Below are positions 1-10,285 of a stretch of 64,000 nucleotides of DNA, piece after piece. The translations under genes were made by a program, and so were the position numbers. Within the stretch, counting starts at the first letter, position 1. Each line of letters opens with the position of its first letter. The stretch covers positions 4,392 through 68,391 of the forward strand of contig PDPP01000017.1 of NCBI GenBank assembly GCA_002747515.1, read 5' to 3'. This DNA comes from Candidatus Moraniibacteriota bacterium (GTDB taxonomy: Bacteria > Patescibacteriota > Minisyncoccia > Moranbacterales > GCA-2747515). The notes under the pieces were generated by a model that made no database searches, was not told the DNA's origin, and saw only the letters and a program-made list of their open reading frames with translations.

Positions 1-1
1 G

Positions 2-340
2 ACATGGTTATTTTTTCAAGGTATGCTTTTTGTGCTTTTGCCGTTTTCAGTTGCATTAGCATTATTTTTTGAAATGTCACCATTACTTGGTTTGGTTGTG
101 AATTTGCCATTTTATGCTCTGGGATTTTTATACGTTATATTAAATATTGGTTTATATGAATTTCACAAGAGTTATGATATTAAATATTCGCCATTATTAA
201 TTATTAAAACAGCAGTTTTTTACTTCCCTTTTCAGATACTTCTGGGGATTAGTGCTTTTCGCGCAATTATTAGACAGTTGTTTGGAAATATTACATGGGA
301 AAAAACAGCGCATACAAATGTAAATCGCCAAGAAGTATAA
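2..340 (+). CDS. 5'-truncated hypothetical membrane protein (C-terminal TM segment; frame is open back to the window edge)
   Basis: The ORF track gives 23..340, but the frame has no stop from position 2. The product is hydrophobic with 2-3 TM helices, so it is likely the tail of an upstream gene. Confidence 0.35.
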   Translation, partial: TWLFFQGMLFVLLPFSVALALFFEMSPLLGLVVNLPFYALGFLYVILNIGLYEFHKSYDIKYSPLLIIKTAVFYFPFQILLGISAFRAIIRQLFGNITWEKTAHTNVNRQEV

Positions 341-344
341 AAAT

Positions 345-3020
345 ATGAAAAAATTGCACGATATTATTACACATCAAAGAACTTTATATGCACTTGCATT
401 TATTTTTACATTGATTTTTGTGGGTGTGATGCATGGATATAATATGAATCATTATCCATATTATGAAAGTGATGAAGGTACATATATTTCGCAGGCATGG
501 TCAGTTATAAATATGGGGGAATTTACGCCATATACTTATTGGTACGATCATCCACCGATGGGATGGGTTTTTTTAGCTGGTTGGATTCAAATGTTGGGTG
601 GAGATTTTTTTCAATTTGGCACATCAGTTGATACATTTCGTGTGTGTATGCTTATGGTGCATATTATATCAACAGCGCTTATATTTTATATCGTGCATCG
701 TGTGACAAAAAATATTTTTGCAGCAATTTTTGCTGGCGTGATATTTTCTATTTCTCCACTTGAAATTTATTTTCAGAGACGTGTGCTTTTAGATAATATT
801 ATGATTATGTGGCTTTTGTTTTCTATTGCAATTCTTTTTGTGAAAAAAATATCTTTGCGACATATTTGTGCTTCAGGTATTTTTTTTGCACTTGCTGTTT
901 TGACAAAAGTGACAGCTGTGATGTTTGGTCCAGTTATTTTGGGATATATTATTTTGTATAAAACAAAAATTTCTCGTGTTTTTCGCACAACAATATGGTT
1001 GTTGGTTTCTATCATGTCTACATCATTTTATATCCTTTATGCATTTTTACGTGGTGAATTTTTCCCAGCAAAAAATGGTGAACATGTCAGCTTCATTGAA
1101 GCATTGCAATTTCAAATGTCTCGTAAAGGTGCTGATGTGCATTTTTGGGAGTATGGAAGTGATTTTTACTTTGCACTTGAAAGCTGGATGAATAAAGATA
1201 TATATTTTATTATAATTGGCGCAATTATTATTGTATTGAGTATTATTGTTGCGATACGTTTTAAAAATATTCGTTTTTTCTTAATAGCATTTTTATTGTA
1301 TTTTGTATTTTTGATTCGCGGTGGTGTTGTCATTAATTTTTATATTTTGCCTTTGTTTCCATTCTTTGCAATGATTGTTGCAATTATGTTTTATGATATT
1401 TCTACACTTTTTTGCAAGCGAGAGGGCACACGTGCTATGGTCATGTTTGTTCCTTTTCTTGCTGTGTGCATATATTATGGATTTTATGGACCACGTATTC
1501 ATTTTTTACGTGATGAAACAACACCACAGTCAAATGCAATTGAGTGGATAAAGAAAAATTTACCAAATGACAGTGCAGTAATTATCGATAGCTATGCATT
1601 GGTAGATATCCGTGATCCACACAACATTAATGATAAGACATTTCCAAATGCGGATTGGTTTTATAAGATTAATCGTGACGTTGCAATTCGTGATGAAAAA
1701 TATCATAATATGTGGCAAAATTTTGACTATATTGCATTGACACATGAGATGCTCAAACAAATTGAATTGGATTCACATTCTTTGGTACGTGATGCATATC
1801 GTAATTCGTTGCCACTTGCAAAATGGTTGGGTGATAGAGAGACGTATGTTAATGAGCAAAAATTTCGTACAACAAATGGAGATTGGGCGATGATATTTCG
1901 TGTTAATGATGTGCATCATGCACAACTTTTAGATTCATGGGAATCATATCGCAGTACATATATTAATTTTGATGGAGCTAATTATGGTCAAGTTATTGAT
2001 CCAGCAACAAATACCACAACATCTGAAGGGCAATCGTATGCGATGTTGCGATCTGCATGGATGAATGATCATGAAACATTTCTTGCTGCGTGGTTGTGGG
2101 CAAAAAATCATTTACAAAATCGTGTTGGCGATAAGTTGTTTTCATGGCAATGGAAAGATGATGCTGTTGCAGATAATTCAAATGCAACAGACGCAGATGA
2201 GGATATTGCTCTCGCGCTTTTGTTTGGGTATAAATTGTGGGATGAAGAGCAGTATCTTACAGAGGCAAAAGTAATCATCAATGATCTTTGGGAGCATAGT
2301 GTTATTAAAATTAATGGAAGGTATTACTTTTTGCCAATGCATGAGAGAGATGCTGATAAATGGAGCGGATATTTATTTAATCCATCATATATTTCACCTG
2401 CACATTATCGTATTTTTGCAGAAGTTGATCCAAAACATGATTGGGAACAATTAGCAACAGATTCATACAAAACACTCAATGAAATTGGTGAACGTTATGA
2501 TAATAAAATTTATTTACCAGCTGATTGGTATTTCATTGATAAAAAATATGGGAGATTTTCTACAGCAAATACATATTTTAATCGTAATGTAAACCATTTT
2601 AGTTTCGATGCTTTTCGTGTGTTGTGGCGCGTTGCTTTGGATGCGCAGTGGTTTGACGCAAAAGATGCACATGAATATTTGACACATACAGCAGAGTTCG
2701 TAGATGCATATTATAAAAAAAATGGAAGAATGCCAATGATCTTGAGTAAAAATGGCATACCAATTAATGATAGTCATGCATTGTCAACTGATGTAGGATA
2801 TGCGATTAGTATGCTTTATGGAGAATCAACAGATCATGCACATGAATTTTTTGAAAAGTATGTTTATTCAGTTTATGATGTAGAACGTGCATTTTGGAAT
2901 GAAGGTACAAATTATTATGATGAGAATTGGGCTTGGTTTGGAACTGGGGTGTTTTATAATAATTTGTCAAACATATGGGAAATCAATGTTTTTCGTGATG
3001 ATAATGATATAACTCTATAA
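345..3020 (+). CDS. Fusion protein: N-terminal GT-C fold (PMT/ArnT-like, GT39/GT83-type) polytopic glycosyltransferase domain plus C-terminal glycoside hydrolase family 8 domain
   Basis: The N-terminal ~430 aa has many TM helices, and the first loop carries a DE motif (YPYYESDEGTYISQAW) typical of GT-C enzymes. The C-terminal domain carries GH8 hallmarks TSEGQSYAMLRS and ATDADEDIALALLFGYKLW, consistent with the PROSITE-like GH8 signature A-[ST]-D-[AG]-D-x2-[IM]-A. Confidence 0.6.
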   Translation: MKKLHDIITHQRTLYALAFIFTLIFVGVMHGYNMNHYPYYESDEGTYISQAWSVINMGEFTPYTYWYDHPPMGWVFLAGWIQMLGGDFFQFGTSVDTFRVCMLMVHIISTALIFYIVHRVTKNIFAAIFAGVIFSISPLEIYFQRRVLLDNIMIMWLLFSIAILFVKKISLRHICASGIFFALAVLTKVTAVMFGPVILGYIILYKTKISRVFRTTIWLLVSIMSTSFYILYAFLRGEFFPAKNGEHVSFIEALQFQMSRKGADVHFWEYGSDFYFALESWMNKDIYFIIIGAIIIVLSIIVAIRFKNIRFFLIAFLLYFVFLIRGGVVINFYILPLFPFFAMIVAIMFYDISTLFCKREGTRAMVMFVPFLAVCIYYGFYGPRIHFLRDETTPQSNAIEWIKKNLPNDSAVIIDSYALVDIRDPHNINDKTFPNADWFYKINRDVAIRDEKYHNMWQNFDYIALTHEMLKQIELDSHSLVRDAYRNSLPLAKWLGDRETYVNEQKFRTTNGDWAMIFRVNDVHHAQLLDSWESYRSTYINFDGANYGQVIDPATNTTTSEGQSYAMLRSAWMNDHETFLAAWLWAKNHLQNRVGDKLFSWQWKDDAVADNSNATDADEDIALALLFGYKLWDEEQYLTEAKVIINDLWEHSVIKINGRYYFLPMHERDADKWSGYLFNPSYISPAHYRIFAEVDPKHDWEQLATDSYKTLNEIGERYDNKIYLPADWYFIDKKYGRFSTANTYFNRNVNHFSFDAFRVLWRVALDAQWFDAKDAHEYLTHTAEFVDAYYKKNGRMPMILSKNGIPINDSHALSTDVGYAISMLYGESTDHAHEFFEKYVYSVYDVERAFWNEGTNYYDENWAWFGTGVFYNNLSNIWEINVFRDDNDITL

Positions 3021-3240
3021 GCGTATGAAAAAAAATATAAGTCAATACATACTTTACGTGAAAAAAAACTTGCGTAGCAGTATAAAAAATATATGGAATC
3101 ATGATAGAGTTTCTTCTTTTATAAAAAAAAGAAAAAAGCAGATGTACGTCATATATAAAAAATGTGCGAATCAATGTGTATGTAAAAAACAGAAATTATG
3201 TGATGTTGTGAATAAAAAAATACGTGACACGTATCAAGGT

Positions 3241-5910
3241 ATGCGTGAGTATACATGGAAACAGTTTATGCGTGATTTACGTGCAATTCCGCGATCAATG
3301 TGGGTAAATATTGGCGTGCTACTTTTTCTTATGATTATTGTAATTGTGGCACATACATATAATTTTTTTGCTTATCCTTATTATGAAAATGATGAAGGGA
3401 CATATATATCACAAGCACATGCATTGATTACACAAGGCAAACTTTCACCCTATGTGTATTGGTATGATCATGCGCCAGGTGGATGGATCATTATTGCATT
3501 TTTTGCCAAGATTACAGGAGCTCTTTTTGCATTTGACACATCCGTGAATTTTGGTCGTGTTTTGATGCTTGGTTTTCATATTTTATCAGCAATGATGATC
3601 TATGTTATCGCAAAACGCTTGAGTAAAGGTTATGTAGTTGCAATTATTTCAACAATTATTTTTGCACTTTCTCCACTTGCAATTTATTATCAGAGACGTG
3701 TTTTGCTTGATAATATGATGACGACGCTTGTATTGTGTGCCATAGCAATTCTTTATAAAAAAAGAATTACGATGAATTGGATTATTGCAAGTGCTATACT
3801 TTTTGCAAGTGCTGTATTGGTCAAAGAAACGGCGTTAGTTTTTTTGCCGGCACTGTTGATTGGTGTGTGGCAGAGACGTAAGGAGATATCGTGTAAATGG
3901 GTCAGTGGGAAATGGTTGATTGTTGTTTGTGAGGTGATGGCACTTTATCCGTGGTATGCATTTGTGCGTGGAGAGTTATTTGATGCGCAGGGTGGAGGTG
4001 ATCATGTAAGTTTGTTGGGCACATTGTCATGGCAATTATCTCGTACGGGTTCTGATATTGCATTTTGGCACAAAGGCAGCGAGTTTATGAATGGTGTTAT
4101 GGATTGGTTGTATCATGATCCATATATTATTATCGCAGGATTTCTCACTGGCATGTTGGTGGTTGTGTGGAGTTTGGGACGTAAGGACTTGCGTGTTATT
4201 TCGCTTGGTATGATTTTTTTCTTTTTTTATTTATTGCGAAGTAATATTGTATTAAATTTTTATATCGTACCACTTATTCCTTTCCTCGCTCTTTCTATTG
4301 CATTGATTGTTGAACGATTGGCGCGGTATATTGCAGATGGGTATCAAAAACGATTTGTTTTTACGAGTATGATATTTGTACTTATTGTTGTGGTTGCGAT
4401 GGTGTTGCCTACACAAAAACATTTTATGCTCAATGAAACACAAGCACAAATTGATGCCGTGCATTGGGTTAAAAAACATGTACCTACTTCTGCAAAAATT
4501 GCTATTGATGATTATATGTATACAGATTATCATGATGCGCGATTTGGTAATGGTAAAGTGTTTAATCATGCAGATATTTTCTGGAAGATTGAATCTGATC
4601 CACAGGTGCGCAATGATGTGTACAATAGCGATTGGCGCACAATCAATTATGTTGTAGGTAGTAGCACATTTGATACACATCGATCACATGGACAATTAGA
4701 ATTTGTGGGAGAAGCTGCGAGCAGTGCAGTTGAAATAGTAAAATTTGTCTCTGATGATACAGCAGATGCATATCAGACACGTATTTTAAAAGTTGATCCT
4801 GATATGCCAGTGGATATTACTTATGCACACAGTGATGAAATTACGGATCAGTTGTATCGTGCTTTGCGTTCGTATAAAAAATTCTTTTTTCGGACATACG
4901 GACAAATCGTTGATCCAGATACATCTCTCACAACTTCTGAAGGGCAATCGTATGCGATGTTGCGATCTGTATGGGTGGATGATAAAGAAACATTTGATGG
5001 TGTATGGGAATGGACACAAGATCATCTCCAATTTCGTATAGGCGATAATCTGATTTCGTGGAAATGGGCGTTGGACAAATTGGAAGATTCAAGCAATGCA
5101 ACAGATGCAGATGAGGATATTGCGCTTGCACTTCTTTTTGCGTATGCGCAATGGGGTGATGAAAGATATCTTACAGATGCAAAAAAGATTATTGATGATA
5201 TTGGAGATTATGCAGTTGTGGAAATCGCTGGGAAAAATTATGTACTTTCGTCACATTGGAAGATTATTGAACAAACAGATGGGTTTTTACTTAATCCTTC
5301 TTATCTCGCACCTGCACATTATCGTATTTTTGCAGAAGTTGATCCAAAACATGATTGGCAAAAAATTGCACGTGATTCGTATGACGTGCTTGCACGGGCA
5401 AGTCATTTGGAAGGAAATGTTACAGGTTTACCTGCTGATTGGGTGCTCGTAGATAAAGAGACGGGAGAATTGTCTAGTGCACAGGCATATTTTGATTATG
5501 ATGTGGATAAGTTTAGTTTTGATGCTTTTCGTGTGTTGTGGCGTGTGTCATTGGACTATCAGTGGTTCAATTCATTGAAAGCACGTACATATTTGGATAG
5601 TGTGAATACGTATTTGATTGAACAATATAAAAAAGAAAAAACACTGCCTTCAGAAATAGCATCAGATGGCACGGTAATTGCAAAAGATGCAAGGTTGGCA
5701 GTTGATGCGGGATATCTCGCTGCATTTATGATAAAGAGAGATGCACTTTTGGCAAAAGATTTTTTTGAAAAACAATTTGTACAAAAATATAATGATAGTG
5801 GTGAGTATTGGGGTGATGATAAATACAATTATTACGATGCGAATTGGGCATGGTTTGCGACTGCGATGTATAACGGTAATATGAAAAATCTTTTTGCAGT
5901 TTCTGAATAA
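3241..5910 (+). CDS. Tandem paralog of the previous gene: GT-C (PMT/ArnT-like) membrane domain fused to a GH8 domain
   Basis: Domain order and motifs match the upstream gene (YPYYENDEGTYISQAH; TSEGQSYAMLRS; ATDADEDIALALLFAYAQW). The ORF is open from 3025, but 3025-3240 is A-rich, lysine-coding and low-complexity, so ATG 3241 (MREYTW...) is preferred as start. The start remains uncertain. Confidence 0.55.
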   Translation: MREYTWKQFMRDLRAIPRSMWVNIGVLLFLMIIVIVAHTYNFFAYPYYENDEGTYISQAHALITQGKLSPYVYWYDHAPGGWIIIAFFAKITGALFAFDTSVNFGRVLMLGFHILSAMMIYVIAKRLSKGYVVAIISTIIFALSPLAIYYQRRVLLDNMMTTLVLCAIAILYKKRITMNWIIASAILFASAVLVKETALVFLPALLIGVWQRRKEISCKWVSGKWLIVVCEVMALYPWYAFVRGELFDAQGGGDHVSLLGTLSWQLSRTGSDIAFWHKGSEFMNGVMDWLYHDPYIIIAGFLTGMLVVVWSLGRKDLRVISLGMIFFFFYLLRSNIVLNFYIVPLIPFLALSIALIVERLARYIADGYQKRFVFTSMIFVLIVVVAMVLPTQKHFMLNETQAQIDAVHWVKKHVPTSAKIAIDDYMYTDYHDARFGNGKVFNHADIFWKIESDPQVRNDVYNSDWRTINYVVGSSTFDTHRSHGQLEFVGEAASSAVEIVKFVSDDTADAYQTRILKVDPDMPVDITYAHSDEITDQLYRALRSYKKFFFRTYGQIVDPDTSLTTSEGQSYAMLRSVWVDDKETFDGVWEWTQDHLQFRIGDNLISWKWALDKLEDSSNATDADEDIALALLFAYAQWGDERYLTDAKKIIDDIGDYAVVEIAGKNYVLSSHWKIIEQTDGFLLNPSYLAPAHYRIFAEVDPKHDWQKIARDSYDVLARASHLEGNVTGLPADWVLVDKETGELSSAQAYFDYDVDKFSFDAFRVLWRVSLDYQWFNSLKARTYLDSVNTYLIEQYKKEKTLPSEIASDGTVIAKDARLAVDAGYLAAFMIKRDALLAKDFFEKQFVQKYNDSGEYWGDDKYNYYDANWAWFATAMYNGNMKNLFAVSE

Positions 5911-5971
5911 TTTTGAATATATTTTATGTATGAATAAAATATTTTTTTGGATGTAATTTACAATTATTTTT

Positions 5972-7330
5972 ATGACGAAAATAAAACGTAAAGCATTAAT
6001 GTACTTCATTATTGTGGCTTTGCTTCTAATTGTTTTGGGGAAAGTTTTTTTTGGAACTAATAATACTTCCAATCTTTTTCTATACATGTATGGCATCACA
6101 GTTACAATGATTTTATGTGTTGTATTTTTTATGGTTTTTACGAGTTATTGTGATCCATATGAAATTGCAAAAGAAGAATTGCAAAAAAAAGATAATAATA
6201 AGAAAAAACCTTTGTTTGTCACATGTATGGTAGCTGCGTGGAATGAGGGTGATGGGATTGTGTCATGTATTGAGTCAATGATTGCGCAAACATATCAACA
6301 TCGAGAAATTATTTTTGTTGATGATTGTAGTGATGATAACACAAGAGAGATAATTGAGAGATATGAAAAAAAAGGTCTCATAAAGGGGATTTATCTTGAT
6401 AAAAATGTAGGAAAAAAATGTGCTCTCGGCAAAGCGATGCGCATAGCAAAAGGAGATATATTTGCATTTTCTGATAGTGATTCATTGTGGAAAGAAGATG
6501 CATTGGAGCGAATCATGGCGATTTTTATGCACGATAAAAATGTAGGAGGTGTGAGTGGACATTGTCGCGCACAAAATGCACAAAAAAATGTGATTACACG
6601 GGTACAAGATTCATGGTATGAGGGACAATTTGGCATTCGCAAAGCGTTTGAAAGTATTTTTGGGGCGATTACATGTGTCTCTGGTCCACTTGCTGTTTTC
6701 CGTCGTGAAGCAATTTATAATTATATTCCTGCGTGGGAAAATGATAAGTTTCTTGGACAAGAATTTCGTTTTGCGACAGATCGCACATTAACTGGTTTTG
6801 TATTAGGTGCACCATATATTGGGAAAAAACTGAAGAAAAAGTATGCACAATCTTCATTTGTGAAAGAAATTGATTATCCAGAAAAAGAATGGAAAATTGT
6901 ATATTGCAAATCTGCACGATCATGGACGATTGTGCCAGATACACTGTCTCGTGTTTTCAGGCAACAGGTGCGATGGAAAAAAAGTTTTATTAGAAATACT
7001 ATCTTTACAGGTAGTTTTTATTGGCACAAGCATTTTTTAACAGCCTTTGTGTATTATATGCATATAATATTTGTTGTTATCGGTCCTTTTGTGGTTTTTC
7101 GTCATTTGGTGTATATGCCACTTCATGGAAATTGGTGGACAGTGCCTTTGTATCTGTCAGGAATTCTTCTTGTAGGGTTTTCATTTGGATTGGCATATCG
7201 GTTGGATAATCCTGATGATGATCAATGGGTGTATCGACCGCTTATGAGTTTGTTTTCAACACTTGTTTTGTCTTGGATATTGTTCTATTCATTATTTACT
7301 ATTAAAAAAATGCAATGGTCACGAAATTAA
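5972..7330 (+). CDS. Processive family-2 glycosyltransferase (PgaC/IcaA/BcsA/NodC-like polysaccharide synthase), membrane-embedded
   Basis: N-terminal TM helices followed by a GT2 catalytic core. The core shows DDCSDD (a D,D,D-type motif), DSD, and the QQVRWKKS (QxxRW) motif characteristic of processive beta-glycan synthases, then C-terminal TM helices. Confidence 0.65.
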   Translation: MTKIKRKALMYFIIVALLLIVLGKVFFGTNNTSNLFLYMYGITVTMILCVVFFMVFTSYCDPYEIAKEELQKKDNNKKKPLFVTCMVAAWNEGDGIVSCIESMIAQTYQHREIIFVDDCSDDNTREIIERYEKKGLIKGIYLDKNVGKKCALGKAMRIAKGDIFAFSDSDSLWKEDALERIMAIFMHDKNVGGVSGHCRAQNAQKNVITRVQDSWYEGQFGIRKAFESIFGAITCVSGPLAVFRREAIYNYIPAWENDKFLGQEFRFATDRTLTGFVLGAPYIGKKLKKKYAQSSFVKEIDYPEKEWKIVYCKSARSWTIVPDTLSRVFRQQVRWKKSFIRNTIFTGSFYWHKHFLTAFVYYMHIIFVVIGPFVVFRHLVYMPLHGNWWTVPLYLSGILLVGFSFGLAYRLDNPDDDQWVYRPLMSLFSTLVLSWILFYSLFTIKKMQWSRN

Positions 7331-8940
7331 GTAAGAAAGAATTGTGTGCATATTTGGTTATTGTTTGTGTAACAATTATTGCTGTAGGAAAGTATTATTT
7401 TGAAGATGCGACTCGAATAGCAGATGCATACGATATGTATAAATTATTTGAGAATAAGCATGCACAAAGCAAAAAGAAAATTGTAAAAGAAAATCTTGTA
7501 TTGCGCTATGATGTTTCACGAGGAGAGTGGGTTGTGTATAACAAAAACGGTTCAGAAAGCGTTTTATTTCTAGCAAAAAAAAGTACAGATGGATTTATTG
7601 ATATTATACCTACACAAAAATTAACAGAAGATCATGTTGTGGCACATGTATATAATGTTGGCACATATTATGGTAACAGTGCATATGCGATTACAACAAA
7701 TATTCCTTTTGATGTTTCTCAATCATCATATGATCTTTTTGCACAAGAGGATGTGATACCAATTATTGGATATCATTTTGTTATACCAGATAAACAGCCA
7801 ATCACATATCCATCTTTGGAAATTCACAAAACAGATTTTCGTAGGCAAATTCAATATATGACAGAACAAGTTGGTTGTCAGTGGTTTACTTTTTCAGAGA
7901 TTGTTGACAATTTTATTAATAAGGGTCGTAAAGTTCCACGTAATGCATGTGTGATTAGTTTTGATGATGGGAAGCGAAATAATTATACAGAAGCATTTCC
8001 TATTTTGGAAGAATTTGGTGCGAAAGCAACATTTTTTGTGATCACGGATCGTGTGGGTTCATCAGATGCTTATATGACATGGCGTCAAATCAATGATCTT
8101 TATAAACATGGTCATGAAATTGGTTCACATTCTGTAGCATCGGGAAGCTTGGTTAAGGATTTAACTAAGGGAGGAGAAGATCTATTGAATCATGAATTAA
8201 AAGATTCGCTTTTGCGATTGCAAAAAAAAGGATTTGAGACAAAAACATTTGCTTATCCACACGGTGAATGTAATGATCGCATAGTACAAGGTGTAAAGGA
8301 AGCGGGGTATAGTGCTGCACGTGCAATTCGTGTGCCACAAATTTGGCGAGATAAACGCACAACTACAATTGGATATGATGACACATTTAAATGGCACATG
8401 CATTATATCAAGACAGAAGAAATGACACTGGAACAAATTGGTGATGCAATTATGTATGATGGATGGTGGCAGTGTGAAAATGGATATAGTGATAATGCAG
8501 AAAAATCTGGAAAAAATACACTTACATTTAATGCAAAAACGAAACCAACAGATCGCAGTTTTGGCGTAACTGTATTATCTGCAAATGAAAAAATGCATCA
8601 AGATTTTTTCCTTGAACAATCAGGTACATATACGATTGATATATCAGTTGGCATATCACAATCAGTATACAAAAAAATGGAAAATATCAATGATTTTATA
8701 AATGTTTTTGTGAATGATAATATGTATACATTGATTAATGATCCACATGATTGTGTGGATGTGAAAAATTGGAAATTTTGTACATATGAAATTACTGCAG
8801 ATATGAAACATGGAAGACAAAAAATTACAATGCAAGCAACATCATGTAAAATACTTTTAGATCGATTTCGTGCGTATCGTACACTTTCACAAAAAGAAGA
8901 ATACCCACTTACAATACTGTATAAAACTGACATAAAATAA
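7315..8940 (+). CDS. Polysaccharide deacetylase (CE4, NodB homology domain) with an extra C-terminal domain
   Basis: NodB-domain motifs are present: VISFDDGKRNNYTEAFPILEEFGAKATFFVITDRVG ... HGHEIGSHS. The gene overlaps the upstream GT2 gene by 16 nt, indicating an operon. N-terminal TM anchor. Confidence 0.65.
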   Translation: MVTKLSKKELCAYLVIVCVTIIAVGKYYFEDATRIADAYDMYKLFENKHAQSKKKIVKENLVLRYDVSRGEWVVYNKNGSESVLFLAKKSTDGFIDIIPTQKLTEDHVVAHVYNVGTYYGNSAYAITTNIPFDVSQSSYDLFAQEDVIPIIGYHFVIPDKQPITYPSLEIHKTDFRRQIQYMTEQVGCQWFTFSEIVDNFINKGRKVPRNACVISFDDGKRNNYTEAFPILEEFGAKATFFVITDRVGSSDAYMTWRQINDLYKHGHEIGSHSVASGSLVKDLTKGGEDLLNHELKDSLLRLQKKGFETKTFAYPHGECNDRIVQGVKEAGYSAARAIRVPQIWRDKRTTTIGYDDTFKWHMHYIKTEEMTLEQIGDAIMYDGWWQCENGYSDNAEKSGKNTLTFNAKTKPTDRSFGVTVLSANEKMHQDFFLEQSGTYTIDISVGISQSVYKKMENINDFINVFVNDNMYTLINDPHDCVDVKNWKFCTYEITADMKHGRQKITMQATSCKILLDRFRAYRTLSQKEEYPLTILYKTDIK

Positions 8941-9021
8941 AAAATACTGTATGATAATATCTATGTATTTAATAAGGAATAATTTATAAATTTCTGATAA
9001 AAGAAAAACAAAAAAATTTTT

Positions 9022-10281
9022 ATGATTAACAAATTTTTGCAAGATAAATTTATCAAAGATAACGCTGTGTTTTTTGTAGGTTCAATAATCGTAGCTATTT
9101 TGAATTATCTCTATCATCCTGTGATGAGTCGGATGATGAGCGTTGAAGATTTTGGAGAAGTACAGACACTTATTTCTTTGACATATCTTACAGGAATACT
9201 TAGTGTAATATTTGGGACGATCGCAACAAACATCGTTGCACACATAAAAGATCTATCAGTAAAAAAGCACACAGAAATTTTGTCGCAGCTAGCTACTCTT
9301 GCATTATATGTTACTGGTTTTTTTGCATTAGCTCTACTTGTGCTTAGTCCATATTTGCGTGATGTGTTGCAATTTAGGTCAATAGCTTCCTTTTTGCCTT
9401 TGATTTTGATTATGTTAGTAGGTGTGCCAATGATTTTCTATAACGCATATTTTCGTGGCATAAAACAATTTGACGTGGCATCAATCACAGGAATTATTAT
9501 GTCTAGCGGAAAGATTATCTTTGCAATACTTTTTGTTTTTCTTGGTTTTCGTGTTTTTGGTGCAATAAGTGCACTTGCACTTGCAACACTTTGCTCATTG
9601 CTATATGCAATGCGTAAAGCACGTGGCACATTTGTATTGAATTGGGAAGGTAAATTAACATGGACACCAGAAATGAAAAGAGAACTTTCATATGGAATGC
9701 TTATTTTCTTTTCTTTAGGATATATCACATTTTTATATACATCAGATGTGATTATGGTGAAATATTTTTTTTCACCTGAAATAGCAGGAGTGTATAGTGG
9801 AGTTGCAACAATTGCACGTATCATTTTCTTTGCGACAGCATCTGTGGCAGGCGTCCTTTTGCCAACGATAAAGATGACCGCTAAATATGAAGAAAATATT
9901 GCAGTTTTGAAAAAAGCTTTTATGATCATCTCACTTATGGGAGTAGGAGCACTTGGAATTTTTTTTCTTTTTCCAAAATTTATTATAACTGTGCTAATTG
10001 GAGAAAAATATCTATCGCTAACAAACTTACTGCCACTTGCAGGATTGTATATTTTCCTAGCCTCTGTGACAAATATTTTGTATTCTTATTCACTGGCGTT
10101 GCGAGACAAAAGGCTAATTACAACTTCATTGATTGGCTTTTTAGTTATCATTGGTTTAATTTGGTGGCATCATGATTCACCTAGAGCGATTGTAATAGAC
10201 TATATCATAGGTGCAGCAATGACAATTATTGTCACTTTTGTAGTGCTTTTGTTTTCAAAAAGAAAAGAAGTTAGATTGTAA
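9022..10281 (+). CDS. Polysaccharide biosynthesis protein / oligosaccharide flippase (Wzx-like, MOP superfamily)
   Basis: The protein is 419 aa with about 12 predicted TM helices, and the composition and length are typical of Wzx/PST family transporters. It sits within a glycosyltransferase cluster. Confidence 0.5.
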   Translation: MINKFLQDKFIKDNAVFFVGSIIVAILNYLYHPVMSRMMSVEDFGEVQTLISLTYLTGILSVIFGTIATNIVAHIKDLSVKKHTEILSQLATLALYVTGFFALALLVLSPYLRDVLQFRSIASFLPLILIMLVGVPMIFYNAYFRGIKQFDVASITGIIMSSGKIIFAILFVFLGFRVFGAISALALATLCSLLYAMRKARGTFVLNWEGKLTWTPEMKRELSYGMLIFFSLGYITFLYTSDVIMVKYFFSPEIAGVYSGVATIARIIFFATASVAGVLLPTIKMTAKYEENIAVLKKAFMIISLMGVGALGIFFLFPKFIITVLIGEKYLSLTNLLPLAGLYIFLASVTNILYSYSLALRDKRLITTSLIGFLVIIGLIWWHHDSPRAIVIDYIIGAAMTIIVTFVVLLFSKRKEVRL

Positions 10282-10285
10282 ATTT

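Noticed and set aside
3025-3240. Lys-rich 72-aa N-terminal extension of the second GT-C/GH8 paralog
   Set aside because: The region is A-rich and low-complexity and resembles an intergenic or promoter region. The first paralog has no equivalent. The start was moved to ATG 3241.
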